Positions 31,098-41,891 are shown, counted from the stretch's first letter. The stretch is DNA of 64,000 bases from an uncultured Actinomycetota bacterium (GCA_963814845.1 CAWFEP010000008.1:13597-77596); one strand, 5' to 3'. Numbers and translations: made by a program. Notes: generated from the sequence alone by a model not told the origin.

Positions 31098-31859
31098 GTG
31101 GCGACAGAGGACGAGCTCGCGGGCATCCGCGACCGGCTGTTCGGTCTGGTCAGCGAGGACCAGATCAGGCAGGTCACCTTTGCCCGTCCCGATCCCGCGA
31201 TCGTCGCGTCGTTCCAGGCGATCGAAGACGTCTCGTCCATGATCTCCGATGCGATGGACCACCTCGGGATTGGCGCCAGGGTCGGCGCGAGCGAGCTGCG
31301 GCCGCTGACCAAAGGCCAGCGCATCTGCGGGCCGGCGATCACCATTCGTTATACCCAGCATGGCGGTGACGTGAGCGGGCTACGTCAGCGCGGCGAGCGA
31401 TCGCGACTCGGGGAGCGTGACATGTACGCCGCCGGCCGCGCCGGCGATGTTGCGGTCTTTGATTGCGGCGGCGTGACAGTTGGTTCGGTGATGGGGTCGA
31501 TCTCAGCAAGGTGGGCCCGGCGCTTAGAGATTGCAGGTTGCGTCGTTGACGGCGCGGTGCGTGACGTGGAGGGGATTGAGGCCGAAGCCGTCCAGGTGTG
31601 GTCGCGCGGGGTGACGCCGAGCAGCGGCAATCACCGGATGAGTGCGGTTGAGGTCAACGCAACCGTGGCGATAGCCGGCATGGTGGTCCGGCCGGGCGAC
31701 CTCATCGTCGCGGACGGCACTGGTGTGTGCGTCGTGCCGATTGAGCACGTGTCGGCCGTCGCTGCGGAGGTAGCCCAGATCCAGGCAGGTGAGCAGTCAG
31801 TCATCGATGCGATCGAGGCCGGAGTCGCGCCACGCGACCTGCCGGCGTACACGATTTGA
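31098..31859 (+). CDS. RraA family protein (HMG aldolase/decarboxylase-like)
   Basis: ISDAMD, GPAITIRY, VVDGAVRD, VRPGDLIVADGTGV. Confidence 0.85.
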   Translation: MATEDELAGIRDRLFGLVSEDQIRQVTFARPDPAIVASFQAIEDVSSMISDAMDHLGIGARVGASELRPLTKGQRICGPAITIRYTQHGGDVSGLRQRGERSRLGERDMYAAGRAGDVAVFDCGGVTVGSVMGSISARWARRLEIAGCVVDGAVRDVEGIEAEAVQVWSRGVTPSSGNHRMSAVEVNATVAIAGMVVRPGDLIVADGTGVCVVPIEHVSAVAAEVAQIQAGEQSVIDAIEAGVAPRDLPAYTI

Positions 31860-31863
31860 TCGG

Positions 31864-32673
31864 ATGGTTATGCGAGTCGGACTAGTTCAGTGCGCGCCAG
31901 TCCTCGGCGACGTCGAGGGCAACGTTGAGCGCTGTGTTGCCTACCTCGCGGACGCGAGCAGCCAGGGCTGCGATCTGGTGGTATTCCCGGAGTGCGCCTT
32001 GTCTGGCTACATGTTCGCCTCGCTCGCCGATGCCCAGGCGGCGGCCGTGACGGTCGATGGTGACGCAGTCAGTCGGCTGGTCGAGACCTGTCATCGGCTG
32101 GCTGTGCACTGCGTCATCGGGGTCCTCATCCACGACGACGACGGTCGACTGTGGAACACCGCCCTGCTGGTGGGGCCCGACGGGCTGATCGGTCGGTACG
32201 ACAAGACCCACATCCCACCGCTCGGCGCCGATCAGTACGTCACAGCTGGCCAGGGCCCGTACCAGGTGCACCCGACGGCGATCGGGCAAATCGGGCTGCA
32301 GATCTGTTACGACTGGCGATTCCCTGAGGTCACCCGATCACTGGCGCTCGAGGGTGCTGATGTCGTCGTCATGCCGACCTGCTCACCGGCGTCGTCGAGC
32401 GAACTCGCTGATTATGTTCCGCGCACCCGCGCAGTCGAGAATGCAGTGTTCTTCGTGATGGTCAACCGGATTGGTCCGGACGGGTCGGCGGACTTTCTCG
32501 GGCGCAGCCAAGTCGTCAATCCGGCCGGTCAGGTGCTGGTCGATGCAGCTGACCTGCAAGGCATCGTCACTGCCGACATCGACGTCGCACAGGCCCGAGA
32601 CAAGGACCGCGAGCAGGGCGCCTTCGCGCTCGCGATCATGGCCGATCGCCGACCTGACCTCTACCGAATCTGA
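31864..32673 (+). CDS. Carbon-nitrogen hydrolase (nitrilase superfamily amidase)
   Basis: VFPEC, YDKTH, QICYDWRFPE (Glu-Lys-Cys triad). Confidence 0.9.
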   Translation: MVMRVGLVQCAPVLGDVEGNVERCVAYLADASSQGCDLVVFPECALSGYMFASLADAQAAAVTVDGDAVSRLVETCHRLAVHCVIGVLIHDDDGRLWNTALLVGPDGLIGRYDKTHIPPLGADQYVTAGQGPYQVHPTAIGQIGLQICYDWRFPEVTRSLALEGADVVVMPTCSPASSSELADYVPRTRAVENAVFFVMVNRIGPDGSADFLGRSQVVNPAGQVLVDAADLQGIVTADIDVAQARDKDREQGAFALAIMADRRPDLYRI

Positions 32674-32697
32674 CCTACCGAGGCAAGGAGAAACAGC

Positions 32698-33651
32698 ATG
32701 GGTATCGCCGCCTACGAGCCGCTCTTCGAGCGCGACGGCGTCACGGTCTCTCGGAGCCCTTGGGGCCCCGATGACAACATCGGCCGGCTCAACTTGATGA
32801 CTGCTGAGTCACGGCAGGCGGTGCTCGCCCGTGCCGACGGCAGCCGGGTGTTCGACCTCGCGGTCGACTACTTCCTCGGCATGCCGTCGTGGGCCGCGGC
32901 CGGTGACCCTCGCTACCAGGTGTGGATGACCCACACGCCGGAAGGCTCGGTCAACGATCGGCTCTCCGGCGCATCGGCAACGGTGCACGAGAAGTACAGC
33001 TATTGCGGTGACTCCATCAGCATGTACACCCACACCGGCACGCACATGGACATGCTTAACCACTTCGGCCACTTCGGCCAGTTCTGGAACGGTCGGACGC
33101 CGGCGGCGGACCTTGGGAGTCGGCAGTGGCTGCAGGGCGGCGCCGACGAATGCCCGCCGATCGTGGCTCGCGCCGTCATGCTCGACATCGCCCGGCTCAA
33201 GGGCGTGGAACGCTTGCCCGACGGCTACTGCATTCAGCCTGCCGACCTGGCCGCAGCGGCAGCGGCACAGGGCACGGAGCTCTCGGTCGGCGACATCGCG
33301 CTGATTCGCACCGGCAAGATGTCCGAGTGGCCGGACTTCGACGGCTACCTGCGCTCATCGCCTGGCATCGGGCTCGCGGCCGCGAAGTACCTCTGCGAGG
33401 ACATCGGCGTCATGTGCATCGGCACCGACGCGATCAGCATCGACGTCGACCCACATGAGGACGCTGACACGTTCGTGCCGGTCCATGCCTACCTCTTCGC
33501 AACGGTCGGCACCCCGGTGATCGAGGTGATGAACCTCGAGGAGCTGAGCTCGGCCAAGGTCTTCGAGATCGCGTTCATCGGGATGCCGATCAAACTGCGC
33601 GGCGCGACCGGTTCGCCGATCCGACCGATCGGGATGGCGCTGTCGAATTGA
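32698..33651 (+). CDS. Cyclase family (kynurenine formamidase-like) metal hydrolase
   Basis: HTGTHMDMLNH (HxGTHxDxxxH), WGPDDNIGRLN, GATGSPIRP. Confidence 0.88.
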   Translation: MGIAAYEPLFERDGVTVSRSPWGPDDNIGRLNLMTAESRQAVLARADGSRVFDLAVDYFLGMPSWAAAGDPRYQVWMTHTPEGSVNDRLSGASATVHEKYSYCGDSISMYTHTGTHMDMLNHFGHFGQFWNGRTPAADLGSRQWLQGGADECPPIVARAVMLDIARLKGVERLPDGYCIQPADLAAAAAAQGTELSVGDIALIRTGKMSEWPDFDGYLRSSPGIGLAAAKYLCEDIGVMCIGTDAISIDVDPHEDADTFVPVHAYLFATVGTPVIEVMNLEELSSAKVFEIAFIGMPIKLRGATGSPIRPIGMALSN

Positions 33652-33673
33652 TGGACGGGGAAGGCGGATCGAC

Positions 33674-34528
33674 ATGATGGCGGGGCGGGCTGGGTTGCGT
33701 CTTGCATTGGGGCAGTTCTGCGCCTCGGCGGGCGACGTCGCGGCCAACCTCGCTCAACTAGAGACCATGCTTGCCTCCGCGGTGCGGGCGGGCGCAGACC
33801 TGGTGTGTTTCCCAGAGCTGTGCCTGCCGGGCTATGTCCTCGAGCCGTCGTTCTACTCGGCTGCGCTGGTCAGTGAGCTGGCCGCGGCAGACGACGTCAT
33901 CGCGACCGCCGCGCGCGACTACGGCGTGCGGGTGATGTATGGAACCGCGATGGCCTGGGATGGCGACCTGCACAACAGCGTCGTCATGGTTGACCCGAGC
34001 GGCGATCGAACCGTTTATGCCAAGTCGCATGTGCCTGTGCTCGAGCGGGCGATCTTCACTGCTGGTGAGGACATTGTGGTGACGGCCGACGGAGATCTCG
34101 CTCTGGCATGTTGCTACGACCTCGCGTTCCCAGCGTTCTGTGCGGGGCTCGCCGACACCGGAGCACGAGCGCTGATCTTCCCGATGGCGTGGGAGAAGCA
34201 GCGGGCGTTCGTCTTCGAGGGTCTTGTCGCGGCACGCGCGATCGAGAACGTTGCCTACGTCGTGTGTGTGAATCAGACCGGCTCGATGGGGGACACCCAC
34301 TACTACGGCAGGAGCCGCGTCGTCGACCCACTTGGCGCGGTGGTGGTGGAGATGGCCGAGGAGGTCGGCCTGGTCACTGCGGACCTCGACCTCGACTGGG
34401 TCAGCCGGCTCCGGAGCTCGGCTGATCCCGCAACCTACCCGCTGCTGTCCGACCGGCTGCCGCAGCTTGCTGCCCGGCGGGGCCCGACGAGCGACCAGAA
34501 GGCTCTCAAGGAGGCAATGGAGTTGTGA
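33674..34528 (+). CDS. Second carbon-nitrogen hydrolase
   Basis: CFPEL, YAKSH, CCYDLAFP, ARAIEN. Confidence 0.88.
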   Translation: MMAGRAGLRLALGQFCASAGDVAANLAQLETMLASAVRAGADLVCFPELCLPGYVLEPSFYSAALVSELAAADDVIATAARDYGVRVMYGTAMAWDGDLHNSVVMVDPSGDRTVYAKSHVPVLERAIFTAGEDIVVTADGDLALACCYDLAFPAFCAGLADTGARALIFPMAWEKQRAFVFEGLVAARAIENVAYVVCVNQTGSMGDTHYYGRSRVVDPLGAVVVEMAEEVGLVTADLDLDWVSRLRSSADPATYPLLSDRLPQLAARRGPTSDQKALKEAMEL

Positions 34529-35276
34529 TGACCCGCTACATTGACACCGTGACGGACCCGATCTGGCGACCTTGGGACGGGCCTCGCAAGCACAGTTTGC
34601 ATCGCCCCCAGTTGGGCGCCGAGGCCGCGTCGTACGTGCGGGATCTCATCGTGTCTGGCCAACTGCAGGGCGGCGACTTCATCCGGCCCGAGTCGGTGGC
34701 CCAGGAGTTGCAGATCTCCGCGACGCCAGTGCGCGAGGGCCTGCTTGCGCTGCGTACCCAGGGATTCGTCCGACTCGAGCCACGGCGCGGGTTCGTAGTC
34801 ATCCCGCTGACGGGTGAGGACATCCGCGATCTGTTCGCCGGCCAGGCGCTGCTCGCTGGTGAGTTGGCAGCTCGCGCGGTGAAGCTCAGCGATGCTGCGT
34901 GCGATCGCCGATCTCGAAGCGCTTCACGCCGAGCTCGAGGGCGCCGCCGGACGAGGCGCGAACGACGACCTTGAGGAGCTCAACTTCCGCTTCCACCGCG
35001 CCGTCAACCTGCTGGCTGATGCGCCCGAAGATCGCATGGTTGCTGGGCATGGCTGTTTGCTATGTGCCGGTGCGTTTCTACTCGTCGATCGACGGGTGGC
35101 CGGCGGCGACGGTGCATGACCATCGCGCGGTGCTCGATGCCTTCCGTCGCGGCGCGTCGAAGTCGGCGCGAACCGCGATGACCGAACACATCGTGCACGC
35201 GGGAGAGCTGCTCGCGATCCATATCGAAAGTGGCGCCGCGCAACGAGGGCAAGGATCCGCGCTGAGGCACTCCTGA
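34528..35276 (+). CDS. GntR/FadR (FCD) family regulator, frameshifted
   Basis: ISATPVREGL wHTH; NFRFH and HDH..V..H FCD motifs across frames. Confidence 0.85.
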
Positions 35277-35281
35277 CCGCG

Positions 35282-36297
35282 ATGAGCAGCGACCCGATCG
35301 TGGATATTTCGAGAATCGGGCTGCGGCCGAACGGCTGCGGGGTCATGCGCATCTGACTCCCGTCCTGACCTCCGCCACGCTGGACAACCGGGCTGGCGCC
35401 CAGATCTTTCTCAAGTGCGAGAGCTTTCAGCGGGCCGGCGCATTCAAGTTTCGGGGCGCATACAACGCAATCGCTTGCTTGAGCGCCGACCAGCGCAACC
35501 GCGGCGTCGCGACGTACTCCTCGGGTAACCATGGTCAGGCGCTGTCCCTTGCGGCGCGGGAATTCGGAGTACGGGCTGTCGTCCTCATGCCTGCAGACGC
35601 GCCGGCGAGCAAGGTCGCCGCGGTTCGGTCCTACGGCGGTGAGGTCGTCAGCTACGACCGCTACACCGAAGACCGCAAGGCGCTCGGTGAGCAGCTCGCG
35701 GCGTCGGGCGGCATGGCGTTGATCCCCCCGTACGAACATCCGGATGTCATTGCCGGGCAAGGCACAGTCGGTCTTGAGCTGCTGGCACAGGCACCTCCGC
35801 TCGACGTCGTGATCGCGCCACTCGGCGGTGGCGGGCTGATGGCCGGCGTGGCGACGGCCATGACCTCCGGTCGGCCCGGCCTCAGGGTGATCGGAGTGGA
35901 GCCGGTGGCGGGAAACGACCACGCGCAGTCGATCGCGGCGGGAGAGCGCGTGCGCATCCCGATGCCGCGCACGATTGCCGATGGGCTCGCGGTGGACTGC
36001 CCTGGCGAGCTGACCTTCTCGATCAACCGGCGCCTCGTCGATGAGATTGTCCTCGTCACCGACGAGGAAATTGTTGCGGCGATGGGCTTTCTCTTTGATC
36101 GGATGAAGATCGTCGTTGAGCCGAGCGGGGCCGCAGCTGTTGCTGCGGTGCTGGCCGGGCGGTTGTCTCTTAACGACGCGAGAGTCGGGATTGTCATCTC
36201 GGGCGGCAATGTCGACACCGCCAGATTCGTCGATTTGATCCGTGGCTCGGCAGGATGCGACGGGGTCGTGACGGGTGGCGACGCCCGCATAAAATAA
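35282..36297 (+). CDS. PLP serine/threonine dehydratase family; threo-3-hydroxyaspartate ammonia-lyase-like (frameshift near start)
   Basis: TPVLTS, KCESFQRAGAFKFRGAYN, YSSGNHGQ, YDRYTEDR, PPYEHPDVIAGQGT, ISGGN. Confidence 0.8.
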
Positions 36298-36365
36298 GAT
36301 ATTGTCCACATGATCTAGGCGCGGGGCTGAGAGTCGGGCTACCGGGCACGACCGAATGAGGGCCC

Positions 36366-36920
36366 ATGGACGATCGCGAGGCCGACGACGCTGCGCGCCA
36401 AGCGACGTCCCCGCTCGACTGGTCCACGGCAGTCGCCGACACGTTGGTCCGACGTGGCGTGACAGTCGCGGCCTTCGTGCCGGACACCCGGCTTCAGGGG
36501 ATCCTGCAACGCTTGGCCGAGTGCAATGTCTGCCTCCGCTCGCTGACCCGCGAGGAGGAGTGCGTTGGTTATGCCGCTGGTCAGCGGATCGCAGGGAAGC
36601 GACCGGTTGTCTTGATGCAGAGCTCGGGTCTGGGCAATGCGATCAACGCATTGGGGAGCTTGGTCGTGCCCTACCGGCTGGGCATCCCGCTCGTCGTGTC
36701 GATGCGAGGCACGCTCGGTGAGGCCAATCCCAGCCAAGTGCCCATGGGTCGCGCGACTGTTCCGTTGCTCAACGCCTTAGGCATCCAGGCGTTTGCGCTA
36801 CGCGTCGCGGCGGCTGCCGCCCAGGTGACCGAGGGCGTACTGACGCTTGCATATGAAGCTGGCGAGTGCACCGCGATGCTGCTTGAGGCAGAGCTAGGTG
36901 GTGGTCGTGAAAGCCACTGA
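36366..36920 (+). CDS. ThDP-dependent decarboxylase alpha subunit (ComD / phosphonopyruvate decarboxylase N-half-like)
   Basis: FVPDT, TREEECVG, LMQSSGLGNAINAL, EANPSQVPMG. Confidence 0.82.
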   Translation: MDDREADDAARQATSPLDWSTAVADTLVRRGVTVAAFVPDTRLQGILQRLAECNVCLRSLTREEECVGYAAGQRIAGKRPVVLMQSSGLGNAINALGSLVVPYRLGIPLVVSMRGTLGEANPSQVPMGRATVPLLNALGIQAFALRVAAAAAQVTEGVLTLAYEAGECTAMLLEAELGGGRESH

Positions 36921-37464
36921 GGTCGCGACTGTGATTGTGGCGACGCTGCCCGACGCGGTGTGCGTGTCGTCGCTCGGCACGGCGACGTCAGCGCTGCGGT
37001 TAGCGTCGAACGACGGACCGCACCTCTATCTCGGTGCCTCGATGGGTTCGGCCCTTGCGACCGCTATGGGCGTCGCCGAGGCCGTGCCCGAACGCACAGT
37101 CGTGGCATTGCTCGGCGACGGCGAGCTGCTGATGGGTGCAGGTGCGTTGTGGTCGGTGTCGGCCTACCGGCCGCACAACCTGCTGACTGTCGTGCTCTGC
37201 GATGGTGCGTATGCCATCACCGGGGGCCAGCCACTTAGCGGACCCACTCGCTTCAGCGAAGTCGCCGTGGCTCTCGGTGGTATGTCGGGACGTCGAGTGG
37301 ACAGCGGTGACGAGTTGCGCCGAGCACTCGTCGACCTTGACCGGCCGGGTGTAATCGAAGTCGAGCTGAGTGGTCGTGAGTGGCCGGGACCGTCACCATT
37401 CGTCGATCCGGCCAGAGTGCGCCGCGAGTTCGAGACGGGTCTCGCCGGACCGGCCGCCTCATGA
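36907..37464 (+). CDS. ThDP-dependent decarboxylase beta subunit (ComE-like)
   Basis: ASMG, GDGELLMG, YAITGGQ; overlaps the alpha-subunit stop. Confidence 0.8.
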   Translation: MKATEVATVIVATLPDAVCVSSLGTATSALRLASNDGPHLYLGASMGSALATAMGVAEAVPERTVVALLGDGELLMGAGALWSVSAYRPHNLLTVVLCDGAYAITGGQPLSGPTRFSEVAVALGGMSGRRVDSGDELRRALVDLDRPGVIEVELSGREWPGPSPFVDPARVRREFETGLAGPAAS

Positions 37465-37501
37465 ACCCGAACACCGGCGACACGAATGGTGGGAGCCTGC
37501 T

Positions 37502-38983
37502 GTGACGGCAACCGAGTTGCCCGAGTATCAGCTGCTGATTGGCGACGGTTGGTCGCCGGCGGCCGGTGACCGGACATATGACAGCGACAATCCCTACACC
37601 GGCGCACCTTGGGCGACGGTGGCCGACGCTGGCGCGGCGGACGTCGACGCCGCTGTCGCGGCCGCGCGAGCCGCGCTTGCCGGTCCATGGGGCGCCATGA
37701 CCGGCTTCGAGCGGGCGGACCTGATGCGACGGCTCGGCGCACTGATCGCTCGTGACGCGCAGGCCCTGGCTGAGATCGAGACTCGTGACAACGGCAAACT
37801 GCTCCGCGAGATGCTCGGCCAGATGCAATACCTGCCGAAGTGGCTGGACTATTTCGCGGGCATAGCTGACAAGCTCGAAGGCGAGACGATCCCGTCGGAC
37901 CGGACCAATTTTCTGATCTACACCCGCCATGAGCCTGCTGGCGTGGTCGGTGCGATCGTGCCGTGGAACTCCCCGCTGCTGTTGTTGATGTGGAAGCTCG
38001 CGCCGGCGCTCGCGGCAGGCTGTGTGCTCGTGGTGAAGCCGTCTGACTACACACCGGTGTCGACGTTGGAGCTGGGAAAGCGCGTGCTCGAGGCCGGCTT
38101 TCCGCCGGGCGTGTTCAACGTCGTCACTGGCAACGGACCTGAGGTGGGTCAGGCACTCGTTGCCCACCCCGGCGTCGACCGGATCGCGTTCACCGGCTCG
38201 ACCGCAGTGGGGAAAGCCGTAGCGCGGGCAGCAGCCGAGAACCTGACCCGGACATCGTTGGAGCTGGGTGGGAAGTCCGCCCAACTTGTGTTCCCGGACT
38301 CCGATCTCGACGCCGTGTGCAACGGGGTCATCGCGGGAATCTTCGCAGCGACCGGTCAAACCTGCATCGCGGGCTCGCGCCTCATCGTGCACCACAGCGT
38401 GCACGATGAGCTGATCCGCAAGCTCGCTGACCGGGCGGGAACGATCGTGCTGGGTGATCCGCTCGATCCCGCGACCGAGATGGGCCCACTGGCCAACGCC
38501 AACCAGATGGCGACGGTGCTCGGCTTCATCGAGCGGGCTGTTGGCGCCGGGGTCACGGTGGCGGCCGGTGGCCGGCGAAGTGACGAGACTGGCGAGCTGT
38601 TCTTCGAACCCACTGTTTTGACCGGCGTGACGCCAGACATGGAGGTGGCCCGAGAGGAGATCTTCGGGCCGGTCTTGTCGGTCCTGACGTTCACCGAGGA
38701 GGCCGAGGCGATCGCGCTCGCGAATGACACCAGATATGGCCTCGCCGCCGGGGTCTGGACTCGCGACCTGGGTCGCGCGCACCGGGTCGCCCACCAGCTG
38801 CGCGTCGGCACGGTGTGGGTCAACTCCTACCGGGTCGTCGCTCCGAACGTGCCGTTCGGTGGTGTCGGATCCAGCGGCTGGGGGCGTGAGAACGGCATCG
38901 CTGCGGTGAAGGAGTACACCGAAACCAAAGCGGTCTGGATCGAGCTTGAAGGCGCGACGCGCGACCCGTTCCGGATGGGCTGA
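37502..38983 (+). CDS. Aldehyde dehydrogenase
   Basis: PWNSP, FTGST, LELGGKS, GQTCIAG, EEIFGPV. Confidence 0.92.
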   Translation: MTATELPEYQLLIGDGWSPAAGDRTYDSDNPYTGAPWATVADAGAADVDAAVAAARAALAGPWGAMTGFERADLMRRLGALIARDAQALAEIETRDNGKLLREMLGQMQYLPKWLDYFAGIADKLEGETIPSDRTNFLIYTRHEPAGVVGAIVPWNSPLLLLMWKLAPALAAGCVLVVKPSDYTPVSTLELGKRVLEAGFPPGVFNVVTGNGPEVGQALVAHPGVDRIAFTGSTAVGKAVARAAAENLTRTSLELGGKSAQLVFPDSDLDAVCNGVIAGIFAATGQTCIAGSRLIVHHSVHDELIRKLADRAGTIVLGDPLDPATEMGPLANANQMATVLGFIERAVGAGVTVAAGGRRSDETGELFFEPTVLTGVTPDMEVAREEIFGPVLSVLTFTEEAEAIALANDTRYGLAAGVWTRDLGRAHRVAHQLRVGTVWVNSYRVVAPNVPFGGVGSSGWGRENGIAAVKEYTETKAVWIELEGATRDPFRMG

Positions 38984-38993
38984 CGAGAAATCG

Positions 38994-40588
38994 ATGGGTG
39001 ATGTTGCAGGGCTCGCGCAGTCGGCCGCGGAGGCAGTGTCACGCGCCGGGTCGGACGTGATGTTCGGCGTGCCCGGCGGCGGCAACAACCTGGAGATCAT
39101 TGGTGCGGCTGACGCCGCCGGCCTGCGGTTTGTGTTGACCCACACCGAGACCGCTGCGGCGGTGATGGCCGGCGTCTACAGCGAGCTGACCCGCACTCCC
39201 ACCGCATGCGTCGTGACGCGCGGGCCGGGTGCGGCGAGCAGCATCAACGGCGTCGCGCAGGCGATGCTCGATCGCCAAGCCGTCATCGTGCTCTCCGATG
39301 CGGTGCCGGTGTCAGAGGCGGTCGCGGATTTCACACCAACGTCTAGACCAGGCCGCGCTGTTTGAGCCCGGTCACGAAATGGAGCACGCCGTTCGGTGGG
39401 TGTGAGGTCGAGCAGACCATCTCGGCGGCACTCACCTCGGCGATGTCGCCCCGACCGGGCCCAGTCCATCTGGACATCGACCCCAGTGCGTCCCGGCAGT
39501 CGGCGGCCCCCGGAGCCCATCCGCCCAAGCGGCAGTCTCGCCGAGGCGAACGTGGCTCTCGCTCGTGCGAACCGACCGGTGGTGGTCGTTGGCCTCGGCG
39601 CGAGGCACGCCACCGCCGAAATCCGCCAGCTTCTGAGTCGGGACGAACATGCCAGTGCTCCAGACCTACAAAGCCGCGGGTGTCGTCGCCGACAGTTCGC
39701 CGAATGCGGCCGGGCTGCTCACCGGAGCCACTATCGAAGGGCCCGTCTTAGACGCGGCAGACGTCATCCTCGCGATCGGCCTCGACGCCGTCGAGCTGAT
39801 CCCGGCGTCGTGGCCCTACGCCGCGCCAGTTGTCGCCCTGAGCGGCTGGCCGGAGGACAGCCCGTACTACGAGCCCGCGATAGAGGTGGTCGGGCCGCTT
39901 TCGGAGTTGATCGGCGGGCTCAGATCCCCTGACGGATGGCTGGGACGCGTCGTTTGCGCAGCATCACCGCGGTCAGGGTTTGGCCGCACTGGTCGACGGA
40001 CCGACCTCGCGGTCAGGGCTGGCGCCGTGGGATGTCGTCAGTCGAGTACGCGAGATCGCGCCACCGGGCTCCGTCGCGACTGTCGACGCCGGCGCTCACA
40101 TGCTCGTCGCGATGCCGTTGTGGTCAGCCGATAACCCCGGCGAGCTGCTGGTTTCGTCCGGTCTTGCGACAATGGGTTTTGCGCTGCCTGCAGCGATTGC
40201 GGCTGCGTTAGCGACTCCAGACGTCCGAGTGTTCTGTTTCGTCGGTGACGGTGGCCTCGGCATGGTGCTCGCTGAGCTTGAGACGCTTGCGCGGCTGGCA
40301 CTGCGCGTCACGGTGGTGGTCTTCAACGACAGTGCGCTGAGCCTGATCAAGATCAAACAGCGCCCGACGGGTCATGGCGGAGACAGCGCGGTTGCCTACC
40401 GAGCGACGGACTTTGCCGCGGTTGCTTCCGGGTGCGGGGTGCCGGCACATCGGGTCGCGACCGGCCACGAGCTCGACGAGGCGGTTCTGAGCAGTCTCGA
40501 AGTGCCGGGGCCGGTTCTGATCGACGCACTCGTCGATCCCACTGGCTATCCCCATGTCTTACACGCGATCCGCGGCGGGCGTCGTTGA
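38994..40588 (+). CDS. Acetolactate-synthase-like ThDP-binding enzyme, multiple frameshifts
   Basis: FGVPGGG, HTETAA, TRGPGA, RPGPVHLD, GLATMGFALP, GDGG..VFND. Confidence 0.8.
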
Positions 40589-40619
40589 TGAGGCTTGCCG
40601 TGAGAAAGGGACCGTGCTG

Positions 40620-41891
40620 ATGACCATGCGTCGCATCGTGGACATCCTGACCGTGCCGGGGCGCACTGGCTTCTTCGCCGACGATCAGCTCGCGATCCGG
40701 GAAGGCGCGACGCATGACGGATTCGGCTACGTCGGCAAGCCACTGACGCCGGGGTTCAGTGATATCCGCCAACCCGGCGAGGCGTTGTCCGTGTTGCTCG
40801 TCTTGGATAACGGCGACATCGCGCACGGCGACTGCGCGAGTGTGCAGTATTCGGGAGCCGGGGGACGAGATCCAGTGTTCTCATCGGCGGCGGCTGCGAC
40901 CGCAGTGGCTGAGCATGTTGCGCCCCTGCTGGTGGGCGCCGAGGCGGACAGCTTCCGGGCGATGACGGCGAGGATCGACACGATCCAGGCCGATGGCCGG
41001 CCGTTGCACACAGCGGTTCGATATGGCGTGAGCCAGGCGATCCTCGATGCGGTGGCACGCGTCGGTACATGACGATGGCCGAGGTTGTTCGGGACGAGTA
41101 CGACACCGGGATCGACATCGCACCGGTGCCGATGTTCGTGCAGTCGGGCGACGAGCGGCACGACTCGGTCGACAAGATGATTCTCAAGGAAGCCGGCGCG
41201 TTGCCGCACGGCTTGATCAACAGTGTTGAGGGCAAGCTCGGTGTGCGCGGTGAGTTGCTTGCTGACTATGTGACCTGGGTCCGTGATCGGGTGCTCGCTC
41301 TGCGGCGGCGGCCGGACTACGAGCCGACGCTGCACTTCGACACGTACGGCACGATCGGCTTGATCTTCGATGCGGACATCATGCGGATGGCGACGTATCT
41401 CGCCGAGCTTGGTGTGCGAGCGGCGCCCTTCCGCCTCCGGATCGAGCATCCGGTCGATGCCGGTAGCCGTGACGGGCAAGTCGCGGCGCTGGCCTCGCTT
41501 CGAACCGAGCTACGCCGTCTCGGTTCACCGGTCGAGCTGGTGGTGGACGAATGGTGCAACACGCTCGCCGACATCGAGGTGTTCGTCACGGCGCAAGCTG
41601 CCGATATGATTCACGTCAAGACGCCAGATCTCGGCGGGGTCAACCACACCGCCGAGGCGCTGCTGCTCGTTCGCGCGCAACGGCCTGGCCGCGTATTGCG
41701 GCGGGACGTGCAACGAGACTGATCGCTCTGCTCAGGTGACCGCGCATGTTGCGATGGCCTGCGGGGCAGACCAGATTCTGGCCAAGCCGGGTATGGGCGG
41801 TGACGAAGGCATGATGATCGTCGGCAACGAGATGGCGCGCACGGCCGCCCTCGTGCGTGCTCGTGGCGAGGCAACGACGGTGCTGCCGTGA
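40620..41891 (+). CDS. mal: Methylaspartate ammonia-lyase (two frameshifts)
   Basis: GFFADDQLAI, GDCASVQYSGAGGRDP, QSGDER, LPHGLIN, HFDTYG, DEWCNT, KTPDLGG, AYCGGTCNETD, LAKPGMG. Confidence 0.9.

Noticed and set aside
36366-37464. Coenzyme M or phosphonate biosynthesis
   Set aside because: No comA/comB/comC or PEP mutase in the window, and the context is degradative.
37253-39145. Long antisense ORFs (630 aa here; also 34924..36309, 44386..45699, 30237..31361, 20694..21719)
   Set aside because: Shadow frames opposite well-supported genes, typical of high-GC DNA; no recognisable motifs.
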